A stretch of DNA of 64,000 bases, taken from assembly GCF_035084215.1 (NCBI RefSeq), contig NC_090363.1, forward strand, positions 11,098,001-11,162,000. The letters run 5' to 3'. Below, one piece after another: positions 63,837 to 64,000 of this stretch. The notes below the pieces were generated by a model that made no database searches, was not told the origin of the DNA, and saw only the letters and a list, made by a program, of their open reading frames with translations. The stretch's first letter is position 1. Each line of letters begins with the position of its first letter. The position numbers and the translations under genes were made by a program. This DNA is from Heptranchias perlo (taxonomy: Eukaryota).

Positions 63837-64000
63837 GTTCACACTCAGCACTTCCTGATTAACCCCGCTTTTACCTTCGTTCCTGCTTCAAACTGCTTTT
63901 ACCTTCGATGTCACTAGGCTCCCGAACACCTTCAGTTCAGTGATTTCACAATGCTGGTCACTGCAATAGTCAGGGAATTATTATTATATACTCGTCTATG

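Larger units (their letters stand above)
17680..63935. repeat. tandem segmental duplication of four TRIM-bearing units (~11-14 kb each)
   Basis: Colinear near-identical blocks; TRIM stop codons at 21125, 31908, 43642 and 57585 (spacings 10783, 11734, 13943); introns, 3' UTR and TE fragments repeat in the same order. Confidence 0.95.

Overview
Eukaryotic, intron-containing, repeat-rich DNA, most likely from a cartilaginous fish (inferred from DeuSINE/SacSINE1-like SINEs, CR1, Tx1 and Penelope families typical of sharks). It holds part of a class IV (RING-Bbox-coiled coil-PRY/SPRY) TRIM cluster: the last four coding exons of a + strand TRIM (1-5522) and, converging on it, four - strand paralogues in a tandem segmental duplication with units of about 11-14 kb (~17.7-64 kb). 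Each paralogue has six coding exons of 411/96/234/23/116/551 nt (476 aa). Copies 2-4 are intact; copy 1 has a 1-nt deletion in the PRY/SPRY exon. Every unit carries a decayed PIF/Harbinger transposon in intron 5 and a Tx1 ORF2 3' fragment, and two units carry a long CR1 fragment. Copies 1-3 have a Tx1 ORF1 fragment and a 48-bp GC-box/TGATTGACAG array as 5' flank. Most notable: amino-acid changes clustered in the PRY/SPRY variable loops, a possible retrotransposon-derived promoter swap, a near-open reading frame from TRIM exon 5 into the Harbinger Myb/SANT ORF, and a Penelope-type perfect palindrome with a hammerhead-ribozyme motif and an 11-bp TSD. Exon boundaries were read by hand, repeat boundaries are approximate, and family names come from recall rather than database searches.
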